Of a stretch of DNA of 64,000 bases, positions 1 through 12,519 are shown one piece after another; within the stretch, counting starts at the first letter, position 1; each line of letters begins with the position of its first letter. The DNA is taken from positions 7,690,001-7,754,000 of the forward strand of contig CM052817.1 in NCBI GenBank assembly GCA_028534125.1, read 5' to 3'. Made by a program: the position numbers and the translations under genes. The DNA comes from Lama glama (Eukaryota). The notes below the pieces were generated by a model. The model did no database searches, was not told the origin of the DNA, and worked only from the letters and a program-made list of their open reading frames with translations.

Positions 1-334
1 TTACGATTTTTGAAGTTGTAACTTTACAGTAACATTAGTCTGCAGTCTGTTCCAGTTACACTTACTTGCACTGATTAATTAACCTTGGAGAAAATTTGAC
101 ACCACCACTGGGAATAATTTTTTTGTTATTTTTCTTACCATGCTTTTTTTTTTGGTATTTAACTAAGTAGTTATATCTCCTGAGGCCATATAATTTAATA
201 CTCAGTGATTTCAGATAGATTTAATTAGAAATTATCAGGCCATGGTGTTTAGCAATACCTACTATAATAGCCTGCATTTTTTAAAGATTATTTTTCCTCT
301 AAATAAATAAAGCGAGTTCCATGAAGGAAAAGTA

Positions 335-406
335 CTCTCGTGCCCCATACCTAGAACGATGCCTGCCACATAGCACATGCGCAATAAATTTGTTTTGAAT
401 GAATGA
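335..406 (+). mobile_element. L2 LINE 3' end relic
   Basis: cctagaacgatgcctgccacatagcacatgcgcaataaatttgttttgaatgaatga matches the L2 3' terminus with a (TGAA)n tail. Confidence 0.7.
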
Positions 407-944
407 GCGGCTCATTTAGTTAAAAATTATCTTTACAGTTGGGATGATCTTGTTTCTCTTGAAAGCAGCATCACTACAGTCGATCACTGCAGTGAGATCA
501 TAGCAGCCAGTTAAATCTGTATAGCACTTTAGGATTGCAATGTAATCTTTAGTTCTCAAAATGCTTTCATTCATTTGAGACTCACAGAAACCTCGTGTAG
601 GAAAAAGAGTATTCATTCCTTAATTGTACAGTGAAGCCAAGCAAGACTCCAACAAAATGAGGGACTCGGACTCAGCACATGTCTGAGCTCAAACCCATGT
701 ACTTTTGACTGCCCCATCCTTAGCGACTAGAGGACGTCATGACATTAGCGTCTAAGAGGAGTCCATGATCTCCTACATGGGATGAACACATCCTGCTGTG
801 TCTGGGTGGTGTCTCGTGGAGGGCAGAGTGTCCACCATCTGAAAGAGGTAAAGTGCTAGCAGGATGCTGAGGGAGGAACCAAGCTGGGGAGAGGGGAGGA
901 AGGGAGTTCCAGCACAGAACTGCGACCTGTACTCCCTCTTCCGG

Positions 945-1155
945 CCCTCTCCATCTTCTCACCCCTCTTTTCTCTCTTAGCAGCTCTTATCATTACCTGA
1001 TATTACAGCATATACTCATGTACTTCTTGACCACCTCGCCCACTAGGATGCAAAAAGCAGGGACTCCATTGAACTTACTCACCACTGCCTCCCCAACCTT
1101 TAGAAGACACTGTGGCACATTCTGGCACGTACTACGTATCTGTGGGATGAATGAA
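945..1155 (+). mobile_element. L2 LINE 3' end relic
   Basis: cccactaggatg...gcagggact...ctcaccactgcctcccca...tggcacat...gatgaatgaa follows the L2a 3' end layout. Confidence 0.65.
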
Positions 1156-2128
1156 AGCTGAAGGAACCCCATGTGCAGATGCAGGGTACATGACTCAGCC
1201 ATAGTCCATTTGGAAAACTGTGAGTCATTCTGTCTCCTTAGTGAGTTGAGCTTTATGAGATGCGGTTACTGGACAACTTTTGCCTGACTTACATGGAGAC
1301 TTTGTATAGTACATGGAGAGGAAATTAGGGAGGCAAGATCTCTTAAGATTAGAAACAAAGGAATTGACCAAGTTTGGGCTGAATTACTTAGCATGTGAAG
1401 GCACTCAGATAGATCTTACAAAAAAATTGGTAGTCATAGATGGGTTTTGAGCAAGGGACTGACCTGACCAGATAAACCCCTTTGGTGATCTGTAGTAAGT
1501 GGATTCAAAGGGAGAAGAAAGGAAGCGAGAAGACAGCATAGATGTCACTGTGTCCCCAGGGAAGACTTGGTAAGTGCCAGAACCTGCCGGTTGGTAGGAG
1601 CCCCGACATCCCCACGCAGGCTTGCCTTTCTCTGCAGCCTCTCTCTGAATTCCTTCTGCATGACTGGATCTATCTGGTCTCCTGGATACACAGCAGCATT
1701 CCATTGTTTTCCTTCTCCCCAAGCATGGAAGGACTCAAAATATATTCCTTTTCTCACAGGTTAGACAGATTGGATTTGCCTGAAAATTGAGGAGACATGG
1801 AAATGGAAGGAAATAGACAAAAACACATGAGTGCTAGTTTCTGATGTAACTGAAGCCAGTTCACCCATCACAAGCTCTCTGACATCCCACCTCCCTAACC
1901 CTTTGAATTCTCAGGCCCTTCCCCATCCTCTTCCTTCATTAATTTGCTTTGCCAAAGCTTTTCTTTTTTTCCAATCAGTATTTTTTCCATACAAAACTGG
2001 TATTAACAAGTTTCTTTTTGTTTTGAACTTGAAGACTTCAGTGGAATAATGACTAACAGAAACAATGGTTTAAAAAAAAAGCATTCCATTACTAGTAACA
2101 TCATTTTCTTCAATATCTACCGTCAGAC

Positions 2129-2259
2129 TAGATGATCATAAAATTTTTAGTACAAATTAAGACATTTTTAAGAGGAAAAAGATGCACTATTTATAATTAG
2201 CTGGGATGACGACCATAGTCACAGGACTTCCCCAGACAAACCAGATGTAAGTCACCCTA
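2129..2259. mobile_element. MER94-like hAT-Blackjack MITE
   Basis: Degenerate TIRs tagatgatcata...gtcacccta and internal gacattttt-aagag...ctatttataatta match the remembered MER94 consensus. Confidence 0.65.
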
Positions 2260-2479
2260 GTTACAGCTGAAAACCCAACATACGGGCAGTCGCTGTATTC
2301 CTCTTCCTACGGGTGCATTTTGCAGGGAGTTTGGGAATCTTCACCCGGACATTGCAACGTGCAAAGTCTAAATATTCTTTAGTAAGATTAGTTATCCCTA
2401 CTTTAAACTTTTCCATGCTATAATTATTAGTGCTTTGTTCCTTACAGAGTTCAAATTCCTGCTCTGGGTCTTCTGAATG

Positions 2480-2640
2480 GCATAAGAATCCTATGAGGTA
2501 GACGGGGGCAAAGGTCAACACGTGCATTTAGTAGATAAGGAAATTGGGGCTCAGAGATATCAGATCAAAAAAGTAATGCTGTCAAGAAGAAAGACCGCTA
2601 ACCCCAGAGTCACACGACGCAGCTCTGAGCACAGGCGCCT
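2480..2640 (-). mobile_element. MIR SINE relic
   Basis: cctatgaggtag...agataaggaaattggggctcagaga, the reverse MIR core. Confidence 0.6.
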
Positions 2641-2899
2641 TGTTTCATTCACCACATTGTGAGCCACGGATGCTTTAACCCACGTGCAGTGGGGTAGACG
2701 GACAGAAACTTTCACGGCAATTCAGCAAAATTATCTTTCATCTATTGAAGCTGATTTAAAAAGTCAAACTTGCATGTTATAAGTCTTCCTTATTCTTTTG
2801 TTTTTCTAGCAATTCACATTCATTTTTGTTTACAAAAATCAATCCATGACAAATTAAAACCTTTAAATATAAATCCTTAACTACAGCTCATTTGGGAAA

Positions 2900-3085
2900 G
2901 ATTAGGCTTCAGATGATTGAGCAAACACTTAAGCACTCTGGGTTTTAGTTTCCTCACATTTAAAAGCTGAAAACAATACATCATTCCACCTCACAGTGCT
3001 GATAAAACAATTAAAAAAATAAAGGAATAACTAACATTTGCACACGCCCTAAGAGTAGTGGTTTGACAACACGCTCAGTAGCGGC
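2900..3085 (+). mobile_element. MIR SINE relic
   Basis: gagcaaacacttaagcactctgggttttagtttcctcacatttaaaa MIR core followed by the MIR 3' region. Confidence 0.65.
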
Positions 3086-3279
3086 CCCGAGCAGCGACAG
3101 GACTTCCGCAGGCAGAGGCCGGGGCTCCAACAGTCATTTCCGCACCGCGTGCCCGCCCTACACCTCACTCCCTCTTTAGGCCGAGCTGTTTCGTTTTCAA
3201 CTTTTTAAAGTATCGGTTTCTGCTCTAAGATTGCTTTTAAGGAAAGGTGTTCATTTTTTAAATTCCAACTTTTCTCTAG

Positions 3280-3460
3280 AGCATAGGAAGTGCTTTTGTA
3301 CCCATTACCTCACTTAATGTTTACAACAACCACGTGACGCAGGAATTGTTATTTCACAGATGAAACAAACAGCTTGAGCGATGCTCAGAATCTCTGCCAG
3401 TAAGTGATGGAGTCTGACGTCCGCCCAGCCCCTGGGTTCCGTGTCCAGGTCTCTTCCTGG
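3280..3460 (-). mobile_element. MIR SINE relic
   Basis: atttcacagatgaaacaaacagcttgag...ccagtaagtgatggagtctg reverse MIR core. Confidence 0.6.
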
Positions 3461-3670
3461 CAGCCTGGCAAGTGTAAGAGAGGCCGCCAGTGGCTGGTGT
3501 ATCTTCTCTTCCTTTCTATTACTACTTTTCCTTGCAAAGTCTTGGTTCATGAAATAAAACTCTAAAAACATAAGTTCAAAGATCACCAAAAGTATATATT
3601 GTGCTCAGGAAAATCAAATTTGTATTTCCTAAGCAATAAACACAGAAATATCTCCCTACTGAGTCTTAAC

Positions 3671-3674
<4 letters not shown>

Positions 3675-3703
<29 letters not shown>
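3675..3703. repeat. (TG)n microsatellite
   Basis: About 14 perfect TG units directly abutting an LTR. Confidence 0.95.
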
Positions 3704-4100
3704 CATGGGATGAACTGTGTCCTCCAAAAATTTATACGCTCACGTCCTAACACCCAGGACCTCAGAATATAACCATATTTGGAAAGAGGATCTTTAATTA
3801 GATAATTAAAATGAGGTCATTAGGACCTAATCCAGTATGTCTGGTGTCCTTACAAGAAGAGGAAACTGGGACACAGACACCAAAAGGGGGAAAATGATGT
3901 AAAGACACTGAGAGAAGGCAGTCATCTAAAGCCAAGGAGAGAGATCAAGCACAGATTCCTCCCTCACATCCCTTAGAAGGAACCAGCCCTGCCAACACCT
4001 TGATCTCAGACCTGTCATCTCCAGAACTGAGAACATACATTTTTGCTGCTAAGACCCTAGTCTGTGACCCCTTGTTATGCAGCCCTATCAAACTGCTACA
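3701..4100 (+). mobile_element. MaLR solo LTR (MLT1B/MLT1C-like)
   Basis: TG...CA termini (tgtcatgggatgaactgtgtcctcc...ttgttatgcagccctatcaaactgctaca) and hallmark motifs acctcagaat, ctggtgtccttacaagaagagga, gaaccagccctgccaacaccttgatctcagac. Confidence 0.9.
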
Positions 4101-4484
4101 GTGAGTATGTGACATCTGTAACAGCAGTGTGTGGAACCACTTAAGTTACTCTTTATATGTCAGGTAACAAAACACATCATATTCTTGTCTGTACCATATA
4201 TTCAGGAAATACTCTGTTCACATTCCAACGCAAGTGAGTCACAATTTTGAGCTGCTGCTTCTTTTTTTAAAAATTCTTCTCAAATTCTGCCTTTTCAGAG
4301 CCACGCTGAAGCCTATGAACAAGCATTTTGTTAACAGGAACTGAACTTTTTTTGAGGCCAGCTAGCCACGTGTCTCCGGAGGCAGTGTGCCTGCCACCCA
4401 CGAGAACGTTAGAAAAACGTTTTCCTACTTGGACCTCGATATTTTATCTACAAAAGGGAAGATGAAGAGGATGATGTCTGAGGC

Positions 4485-4700
4485 AAGTGTTCTGGTTATA
4501 AGAACCTAAACTTGGAAGAGAAAAATTGAATCCAAAGTCCTCCTCTGTCACTGTCTAGCTCTGTGATTTCAGGCTGGTCCCTTTGCTACCCTGAGCTTTT
4601 ATTTATTACGGAAATCACAGTGTGACTCTGAGGACAGGGAAAGGTAATAACCGTGAAAATACCTGGCACATTTAAGAATCCGAATAAAAGTTGGTTTCAT
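4485..4700 (+). mobile_element. MIR SINE relic
   Basis: ctctgtcactgtctagctctgtgatttcagg...acctggcacat...aataaaagttgg. Confidence 0.55.
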
Positions 4701-6589
4701 TTTCATTTCAGCTCTGAAATGATAAGACCGTAATCATTTTCATTAGATCAGATAGTATTTCAAAACATGCTTTGAACTAACTTCTAAAGTGCAAGCAAGA
4801 GTCCATACATGTGGGAAAAGTCCCTACAGTCATCCTGCATTTTAATTTCGTACCACGATGTTTTAAAAGGCAAGAACGATGTCTTCTGGACACGACCCCG
4901 ACGTGCCAGAACATGACATCAGTTGGTGTTAAAACTGTTCATCTTCTCCTCTAATATCCCTTTCGCTGGCTGGATGTCTTGGATCTGTCAGAAGTGATTT
5001 TACTAGTAACAAGCATCTCCCAGTTCTTGGCCAATAAGAATGCACTCTGAGGTTTAAAATGCTGCGTTGGTTGATTATATTATAAACTCAAAAACTCTCC
5101 CCAACTTTTCTGCTACTAGAGGTAAAGGCAGATGCCTATAATTTCAGATGAGCCAGATTGAAGGCATTAACACATTCTCAAAGGAATGGTAAGACTCAAA
5201 TGGACTCTTAATACTCACAGCCAAGACTTCGGGACTGTCCGATGGAGACTAAAGAATGTATCTACAGAGACCAGAGTTCTCCAAAACAGACTGGTCCCTG
5301 GAGCAGAGATGGAGGTTTGAGCTGGCAACTCAGAAGAAGTAAGAAATTATGGAATAATTCATCCATTCACTCAACTGATGCTTTTAAAGCATCTGTTAGA
5401 TGCTCGTCACTGTTCTCCTAAGAAATGAGGGAAAGTAACTTAGCTCTTCTGCCCTTAGTCAAATTCAACAAACATGTTGATGGCCTAGTGTATAATCTGC
5501 TAGGAATAAAGATGAATATAACCAGGGTTCTTTCCTTCGGGAATGGAAAAGTCGCTTATTACACACCTAAGGGTCAATAGAAAAATGAATGTCAAGCTAC
5601 TACTTTATTAACAGCAAAGTCAGCACCCGATAACTGACGGCAGTGCCCACAGCTGGAGTGCAGCACCAAGGCCAGGCCGCTGAGCACCCAGCACCCCCAT
5701 GAGAGCTGAACCGTGAGACGTTCCCACCTTGGACCCTCAGCAAGGGGAAGGGCATTTGTGGAAGTCCCAGAGTCCATTTACTCAGTTTCAGAGAAGCAGA
5801 GAGAGAGTGAAAGCGAGACAGATAGAGAAACGGAGTGAAAGAGAGTGGCAGAGACATTTGAGAGATAATCGAGGAAGCCTAAAAGAGTTGTTGCTAATCT
5901 GACCAATCAGATGAATGATTTCTCCTCCTTTATCTGAGAACTGAAGGACAGACCCAGAGATAGCAAAGAACATTGAGGTTTCTCCTTCTTTTAGGAGTTA
6001 GAGGAAAGAGGATGGGAGACAGAGAAATTAATTAGAAATCGATTGCAATCTGCCAGGTGTGAGGGCCTCCAAAGGATGCTAACGCTGTAAGCGATGAGGG
6101 TGCATCTAAGAGAGACAGCATGAGAAAAAAATAAAACATACATATGGAGCTTCTGAACAACGGCAGAGACTCAAAAAGGTGCCAGATTTTTGAAGCCTTG
6201 CTGCCTGAGGCAATGACTATTAACTTACTCAACATTTGTAAGCATCAAGTATGCACATTAACTGCACTAGACTTGCTGACTTATAGGTACAGACACAATC
6301 CCTAAGTGCAAAAAAATGTACAGGTTTAGGCCAGGCTACGTCCATAAACACACAACTGAAATACAACATGGTAATCGCTATAAAGGATGTACGTGCCAGG
6401 GACCAGGCAAATGCAGAAGGAACATCTCGCTGCAACCCCAGGATGTGAAGGAGGCTCCAGACAGAGAGAACACGTGAGCTGAGTCTTTGAAGCAGGAGAA
6501 AGGGCTGACTGAGCAAGTTGATGAGGCGAAGGAAGAGACAGTGACTTGGCCAAAGGAGAGGAATCATGGCAGAATGTACCGAGTCCTGA

Positions 6590-7050
6590 GAACCATTTAT
6601 TTATGACTCTTGAGCTCCTGCCATGGTTGGAGATACAAGAGCGCAGAGCAAATAAAAGTCTGCTGTTACGACGATTTCATTGGTTATGGGGTGGGGCACA
6701 GACAGTAAACAAATAAATGCATGATCGAGATATTTGTATTTTCCTAGAAAATAAAATGGGCTACTGGGTTGGTTCGAGGAGACCTATTATATTTGAGGAG
6801 GAGGTCGGGGAAAGTGTCTTTTGGTCATGACAGTTAAGGAAGATTCTGGCACGTAGAGATGAGAGAAAGAAGACTCCAGACCAAAGGAAGTAACAAGAGC
6901 AAGTGCCCAGAGACGGAATCAACTTGGAAGATTCAAGAAATAGGTCGAAGGGCCACAGGGCTGCAGCTTGTGAGCAGAGCCCAGCCCGGAAGGAGGGATG
7001 ATCAGAGACAGAGGAGCGGCCAGACCATGCAGGACCTACAGGTATGTGAC
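6590..7050 (-). mobile_element. L2 LINE relic
   Basis: gagatacaag...acagacagtaaacaaataaat...tccagaccaaaggaagtaacaagagcaagtgcccagag...ccagaccatgcaggacct, typical reverse-strand L2. Confidence 0.65.
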
Positions 7051-7127
7051 GTGGTGGGAGCGCAGAGGGAGAAGCCAGAGCAGAGCTCGGCAAGGCAGCT
7101 CGTGGAGGGCCGAGGCGCCCCGCTGTG

Positions 7128-7487
7128 TGTCTCAGTCCAGTTGGGCTGTTGTAGTAGACCACAACACACTGGATGGCTCGTGAGCAACAGAAGTGGTTTT
7201 TCACAGCTCTGGAGGCTGGGAAGCTAAGATCAAGGTGTCAGAGGATTCAGTGTTTGATGGAGACCTGCTTCCTCACAGACAGCCGCCTTCTCACCGTGAC
7301 TTCACGTGGAGAGGTGTGAAACATCTTCCTGGGGGTCTGTCTTCTCAGGGCCCTAATCTCATTCAGGAGGGCCCTGCTGCCATGACCTCCTCACCTCTCA
7401 AAGGTCCCACCTCCTCACACCATCACCTTGGGGGTTAGAATTTCAACACATGAATTTGAGGGGGACATAAACATTCAGTCCATTGTA
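7128..7487 (-). mobile_element. MaLR solo LTR (MLT1A/MLT1A0-like)
   Basis: tgtctcagtccagttgggctg...tcacagctctggaggctgggaagctaagatcaagg...ttgggggttagaatttcaacacatgaatttgagggggacataaacattcagtccat. Confidence 0.9.
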
Positions 7488-8880
7488 CTCACTGCAACTG
7501 GAAACCAGTAAAAAGGAACACGATTGGGGGAAAGTTCTAACTTCAGTCTTGTTAACCAGTTGAGTGGACGGAGCACCCTTGCCCAGACACTGTCCAGCCT
7601 TTCAGTGTCTCAGCAGTGGTTTGAGGGATGCTCACTGCAGACAAGACTCGGGACTACGGATCAATTAATTGTCTGTGTGGGCCTGCATCCCAGACAGTCA
7701 TCCAGAAAGAGGCAAATTCACAAGGCAATTTTTTTTTTCTCTCCTTTCACAAGCCCCTTGGACACAGAATGTCCTCTGTGAACTAGCCAGGAGAAAGAAA
7801 TCCGGCTTTACAGTGCATGTAATCTGGAAAGCAAGGAAAGAAACATTTAAGCTGTTATTCAAACAAGTTTCATTCCAATTACTACTTTCCTTTCTGTCAG
7901 AATCAATTATTCTGGCTTCTGACACGGCCGGCGCTTGCCAAGGTGTTGGGGGGGACTGCCTCCATCGCTTTCTCCTGATGTGTTCTTTTTGGTTGCTTTC
8001 GGGTGTGGGTCGTTCTGCAGTGTTGTTGTTGACTTTCCCACTGCAGCCAGCGCCCCAGAGTGGCTTTTACGTGGCCATAAAATAAAATGAATGTACACAG
8101 GAAAGGGAGCCTTGCTCCAAGTCAAGGACTGGACAGTTTAGCTTAATATGAGCTTGGTTTCATAAGCAGGGACCTGTTTATTCTCATTGCTTAAAGACCC
8201 AGGGACTGCTTGCTTTGTGACATCCCCCATGCCAGCACTGGGCCCCAGCCAGACAAGGACTGACAGGCCAGGTCATTTTTGCCTTGTGACCCTAGGAGAA
8301 ACGCTAGTCCCCAGACAACTTTGATGGGCTAATTGCAGCAACACGTTGAGTTAATCACATCACAGTTGGGGTCTGTCAGCACCTCCATGACGCTATCAGC
8401 TGGGGCTGTTGAGTCTTCATGACACAGAGAAAAGGGAAGTGAAAAGAGAGAGCTTAAGTATTTCCTAATCCGTGGCTATTAGGTGGGATTCGCCCCATGT
8501 TCACGCAGTCAGGTCAGACCCCTTTTTGCTTTGTCTTCTTGAATTGCCTTGTTTTATTTTTTTGCCCTGTCTTCTGAAAGTCAGCCATGAATTTCAAAAT
8601 GATGGTCAGCATGCATGTTTTGATGATTAAATTAAAAATTCATTCAGCTGTAGTTTCAACACAGTTCCTAAATCATATATTCTTTCCTATCCATGCCCTA
8701 ATGGACCTCAAGAAATCTAATGTAAAATTCAGTGGGATGCTAGTGGGGAAGATGTGGGAAGGGTCAAGGGAACCTCCACTTTGTTTTTATGTTACAGCCA
8801 AATGGAGTTAATTTCTGTCATCTGTTTATTTCCTGCTTTTTATCATGGCCAAGATTTTTCTCAGAGTGTTTTCACACACT

Positions 8881-10475
8881 TGTCTTACTGAGTTCCAGCA
8901 ACTACAACAAATTATCATAGACTCAGTGTCTTAAGCAACAAACACTTCTCACAGTTTTGGAGGTTAGGAAGTTTAAGATCAAGGTGCTGGCAATTTCGAT
9001 GTCTGACGAGAGCCCTCTTCCTGGCTCGCAGTTGGCTGTCTTCAACTAGGTCCATACTCATGACCTAAGTACCTCCCAAGGCCCCACTTCCGAAGACCTT
9101 CACATGGAGAATTAGGGCTTTAGCATATGAATTTTGGAACAACACAGTCATCCTTTTCTTGGCCCCTCAAAATGTGTGTCCTTCTCACCTACAAAATCCA
9201 TTCATTTCATCCTCAAATCCCAAAAGTCTTAACTCATTCTAGCATCAACTCTTAAGAAATCCAAAGTCTCATCTAAATTCTAAATATGTAAATCAGATAC
9301 GGGTGAGACTCAAGGTATGATTTATCCTGAGACAAAATTCCCCTCCAGCTGTGGACCTGTGAAACCAAACAAACGATGCGCTTTTAAAATACGGTGGTGG
9401 AACAGGCAGAGGGTAGATATTCCCATTCTAACAACGGAGCAATCAGAGAGAAGGAAGGGTTGATGGCTCCCAGGCAAGCCCAAAACCCAGCAAGGCAAAC
9501 TCTATGAGATACTAAGGCTTAAAGAAAAATCCTCTTTGGTTCAGTGCTCTTCCTTCAAGACCCACTGAGCTGGAAGTCCTGCCCTTGCAGCTCAGCCAAG
9601 TGTAAGTCCTACCTTCATGGCTCCAGGTGACCCTGCCCCAAGGCTTCAGGTCCCGGTGGTCTAGCCTGTTGAAACCAAGGTGATGTCACCGCTTTTGAAA
9701 GTGAGGAGGTAGCCCTGAGGATCTCTGAACTGCCTCTGGGGTTATTCTTCCCTTGTCCTGAAGAAGAGCTCTGTGGTCTTTCCTATAAAATGCAGGAGGC
9801 TCAACAGACTTCTTCCATTCCATCCTGTCTCCACCTCCTTCAGTTACACTGGCAGTGCTCCTGCCGTGGTGGCTGATTGCGTCTCTAGCTCACACCCACA
9901 TTAGTCTCTTTATCAAATGGTCAGCCCATTGCATCCTTAGTGTTCTGCTCCAAACATGCCTCCTCATTTTTTTGTAATATGGAAAGGCTGATGATTTTCT
10001 AAATCTTTAAGTTCTGGTTCCTTTTTGCTGAACAATTTCATCTTCAATTCATTTTTCTCTTCTCAAGTTTTGCTATTAAAAGTCAGGAGAAACCAAGTCA
10101 CTCCTTCAACATTTTGTTTAGAAATCTCCTTAGTTAAATATCCAATTTCATCACCTGCAAGTTTTAGCTTTATTTATTTCTCACAGTTCTGAAGGCTGGA
10201 AAGTCCAAGATCAGGGGGCTAACAGATTCAGCGTCTGCTGGGAGCTCTCACCTGATTTTCAAATGTTCACTCTCTGTATTCTCAAATGGTTGAGAGAGAA
10301 AGAGAGAGAGAGATCATCTCTCTTGTGTCTCTTCTTATAAGGGCACTGATCCCACTCAGAGGGCTTCACCCTCATGACCTAATTACCTCCTACAGTTTCC
10401 ATCTCTAAATACCATTACACTGAGGATTAGGGTTTGCACATATGAATTTGAGGGAAATATGTTCAGTGACTAGCA
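8881..10475 (-). mobile_element. MaLR provirus relic: MLT1A-type LTR + internal region + LTR
   Basis: LTR at ~8881-9150, MLT1/MST-int-like sequence at ~9150-10170 (cccaaaagtcttaactcattctagcatcaactc; gtgagactcaaggtatgatttatcctgag), and a second partial LTR at ~10171-10475. Confidence 0.85.
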
Positions 10476-10546
10476 GAGGAATTTAAAAAGGTTGCTTGAT
10501 GTCCACAGTTTAGTTAAAATTTATTATTCTCCAAAGAGTTTTCTTC

Positions 10547-10630
10547 CTGTACGCACACACACACACACTCACTCATATATGCATGTGTGTGTGTGTATAT
10601 ATATATATACATATATATCTACATATACAT
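10547..10630. repeat. Compound (CA)n/(TG)n/(TA)n microsatellite
   Basis: Direct inspection; nearly continuous purine-pyrimidine alternation. Confidence 0.9.
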
Positions 10631-11954
10631 TTTGATTGATTTTAACTAAATGTCATCATTGACATTGTAAGTTATGATGGTACTGGCAAACTTGGAAACT
10701 GATGGAAAACTGAATATCCCACATCAATATCAAGATTTTACTATATGAAATAAGCTATTTCCTGAAACTCTTGCCAGGTTTTATTGTACATCCATGAGTT
10801 GACTGTATCTGAAACCAACACCAGAAATGTTTTTAATTCTTCCAAAAGAATATCTGATACTCTCACTCAAGGAGGGAAGTAGAGATCTTTTCTTATCTTT
10901 TTTATACACAAAGGAAGAAAGTCACTTGGAGACAGAGTGATTTGGGGTCTTTTGAAGCAGTGACGTTGACAGTCTGGTTCACCTCTCACCCCTCCATCAA
11001 GTACTTAGTGTATAATAAGTGCTTAATCCTTGCTTAATGAAGGACTACATTTCAATCAACCGGTTAGTTAATTACAGAAGATACACCATCCCTTACTGTC
11101 AGCACTGTCCCTATACTTTTGGTCTCTAAACTTACAATCCTGTGCTAAGTACACATAGGTGAACACTGTATAAATACCATCATTTATTAAAGATCCTGAA
11201 AATTACAAGATCAGAATCATTACCATCAGGGAAATGAGAATTTTCTTTGATGTTCTTGTAATCATCATGTGGCTTTAAGTTGTTTGTAAGCTTCCTACAG
11301 GAGGAAGAGAAAGGGGACCCATAACGTTTTGCTGTACGCAGCCCACAGAGTTCTCACCCTGGCTCTTTCCATGCTCTTTCTTCATTTGTTCCTGCTTCCT
11401 TTGCCCTTTGACTTGGAATGTTTCGACTCTTTGCTGCCAAGTCACCTAATCTGGACTCTTGTGATGCCTACTAAGAGTAGCTTTCATGGTCTGGAAATTC
11501 TCTGTGCAAACACCACCACTAGCTACTTCTGAGATACCCACTGAGAAACCCAGGAGCTGGATGTAGTCTGGCCCCAAGTAAGAGGCAGACCTCTACCCTA
11601 GAGGTGTTTATTTTTCTTTTAATCAATTAGTGAAGCAACACAGACATACAGAGATGCCAAGGGCCCTCTCCCAAAGCACCAGCAGAGTAAGCTTGGAGAA
11701 GCCAAGAGGGTCCCCTGGTGAGTCCCGGCGAAGTCTGAGACAGCCCTGGGCTTTCTCAGCTCTGAGCTTGACACTCAGCAGCTCACCGCAAGGCCTTCCC
11801 AGTGAACTCTGTCCCACTGATATTGGACTTTACAGGAAAAGATAATAATTGGTCTTACTGGCCCCCTGTAGGCCTGTAAAGAGGATGGATAAGCACACGA
11901 GCTGCTGTCTACCCAGAGCTGCAAGGACAGTGAGCCCGTGCAACAGACAGACTC

Positions 11955-12420
11955 AGACTTAGACTCACAGAATGAAAGGTAGAAGGGACTGAGTCATCTC
12001 TACGTTCCCTTTCACAGATGGTTTTCTATCCACTGTTGAAAGACTCCTGCAATGGGGTCTGACCACTTCATAACGCTGCCACTTCACTTCTTCAGTAATT
12101 TTCACTGATAGATACATCTACTAAAATATAACCCAAAGTGACCTCACATTGTCCGCTTGCCCAGTGGAGGCAAAACAGAAGTGAACTTGTCTTTGGTTCT
12201 CATAAGCTCTCCTCAGATATTTGAAGATAGGAATCCTATAGCAGTAATCCTTTTCTCTGGGCTAAATCACTTCATTCCTCAGCCTCCCCGCTCCATTGCA
12301 GTTTTCACCCGCACTGACACTGCTCAACATGGCCACTAAGGAATGTGCAAATAATGAACAGATTTTAGTTCTTGTGCTACTGACCACCCCCCCCCGGAGG
12401 CATTTGAGAGGCCTTCTTGG
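11955..12420 (-). mobile_element. L3/CR1 LINE 3' relic
   Basis: ttagactcacagaat...gactcctgcaatggggtctgaccacttc...cagatatttgaagatag...ttttctctgggctaaa resembles the reverse L3 3' end. Confidence 0.6.
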
Positions 12421-12519
12421 GACGTCTCTAATGGCACAAGTTCTTCCCAGTTTCCCACTCACCATGGCATGGCCTCCCTCCTGCACTGGTCTTCCCTGCT
12501 TTAGTCACCCAGTAAGTGT

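Noticed and set aside
60..125. Minus-strand micro-exon (tttctccaag|GTTAATTAATCAGTGCAA|gtaagt, or a 42-nt version)
   Set aside because: Splice-like motifs of this strength occur many times by chance in 64 kb, and the peptide is not recognisable. It would need RNA-seq junction evidence.
6761..7227. Overlapping 147-aa and 122-aa ORFs
   Set aside because: They span an L2 relic and an MLT1A LTR and show no coding signature.
8048..8065. CTCF-like site gcgccccagagtggc
   Set aside because: Mismatches fall at the high-information AG core positions.
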